The notes under the pieces are model-generated. The model did not search any database. It was not told where the DNA came from and saw nothing but the letters and a program-made list of their open reading frames with translations. The position numbers and the translations under genes are program-made. Positions 63,023 through 64,000 of a stretch of 64,000 nucleotides of DNA are shown here, piece after piece. The stretch's first letter is position 1, and each line of letters starts with the position of its first letter. The stretch is from Bugula neritina (taxonomy: Eukaryota > Animalia > Bryozoa). Location: positions 12,460,818 to 12,524,817 of the forward strand of contig OZ037772.1 of NCBI GenBank assembly GCA_964035545.1. The letters run 5' to 3'.

Positions 63023-63994
63023 GCCAGTCCCAACCTAAGCGGAGAGTTTCTGCATAACAATTTAAAATACCACAATCAATATAGCAGACCGAATTAATTT
63101 CAAAAATAATTTTGCCAGCTCCCTGAATTTTTTTATGGCCGATCCAGCAGGCTCATTTTTGTGGCTCAAAATTTGCTAAAATCAGGTGCAGAGTTGTGCC
63201 CTCGTGCAGGACAACTCTACAAAATGCTCTAAAATGGTCCAAAAATTCGCACAGAACTGCAAAAATATTACACAAAAGGCACTTTCTGCCATCCTAGGTG
63301 CAACAGGATGAACCCAGAAGCAGTAAAAACCTGCATAAAATGGAAAACCGGCATAAAATTTCAAAAAATTCGCATAAAATAGCTTTTCGACTATCCAGGC
63401 ATCAGGATGAGCCCTAAAATGAATTGGAATCAGTGAAATCGACCAATAAAACTGTAAAAATACTAAAATTGTGCAAAATCGTATTTTGTAGGGCTGAAAA
63501 AAATTTCTAGATCAGACATTTTAATTCCCGCACTACAGCAGTGGTGGTTTCAATTTGGTGTGCCAAATCTCATTTTTTAGTATTTCACTGATTCCAACTC
63601 ATTTTAGGGCTCATCCTGATGCCCGGATGGTCAAAAAGCTATTTTATGCGAATTTTTATGCCGGTTTTCCATTTTATGCAGGTTTTTACTGCTTTAGGGT
63701 TCATCTTGTTGCACTAGGATGGCAGAAAGTGCCATTTTGTGTAATTTTTTTGCAGTTCTGTGCGAATTTTTGGACCATTTTAGAGCATTTTGTAGAGTTG
63801 TCCTGCACGAGGGCACAACTCTGCACCTGATTTTAGCAAATTTTGAGCCACAAAAATGAGCCTGCTGGATCGATCGGCCAGAAAAAAATTTCAGGGAGCT
63901 GGCAAAATTATTTTTGAAAATAATTCAGTTCGCTATATTGATAGTGATATTATAAATTGTTATGCAGGAACTTTCCGCTTAGGTTGGGACTGGC
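63023..63994. mobile_element. Foldback-type / long-TIR non-autonomous DNA element (~970 bp)
   Basis: 63023-~63440 (gccagtcccaacctaagcgg...cagtgaaat) is the near-identical reverse complement of ~63582-63994; ~140-bp spacer; no transposase ORF; TSD not assessable at the window edge. Confidence 0.9.
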
Positions 63995-64000
63995 GCCTGT

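Overview
AT-rich, intron-rich invertebrate (animal) genomic DNA. Protein genes, with exons assembled by hand from GT-AG junctions and reading-frame phase: (1) four members of an intronless ~600-640 aa family (1-713 partial, 1720-3630, 4232-6142 on +; 39587-41389 on -) that look like three tandem, very divergent scramblase/tubby-type domains; (2) a divergent alpha-tubulin on - that lacks K40 and has a basic Ser/Arg/Pro tail in place of the acidic tail; (3) a 22-coding-exon RABGAP1-like gene on +; (4) a single-pass membrane protein with tyrosine motifs on +; (5) a mucin-SEA-EGF-sushi-TM gene on -; (6) a chitin synthase on - with an in-frame TAG in the catalytic region. There is also a MITE and a ~1 kb foldback element. 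Most interesting signal: six tandem cassettes at 34.7-39.1 kb plus three more at 41.8, 61.0 and 62.4 kb. Each has a RGTTRTCTCCC(AT) motif resembling the U6 SPH/Staf element, a second conserved block ~140-190 bp downstream, then a sequence-divergent but structured segment containing an Sm-site-like (A)TATTTGGA followed by a hairpin with compensatory base changes. This reads as an unannotated family of snRNA-promoter-driven small RNAs (inference). Second theme: many introns are minisatellites built from copies of their own splice junctions. No database searches or folding programs were run; all alignments, counts and pairings are manual.
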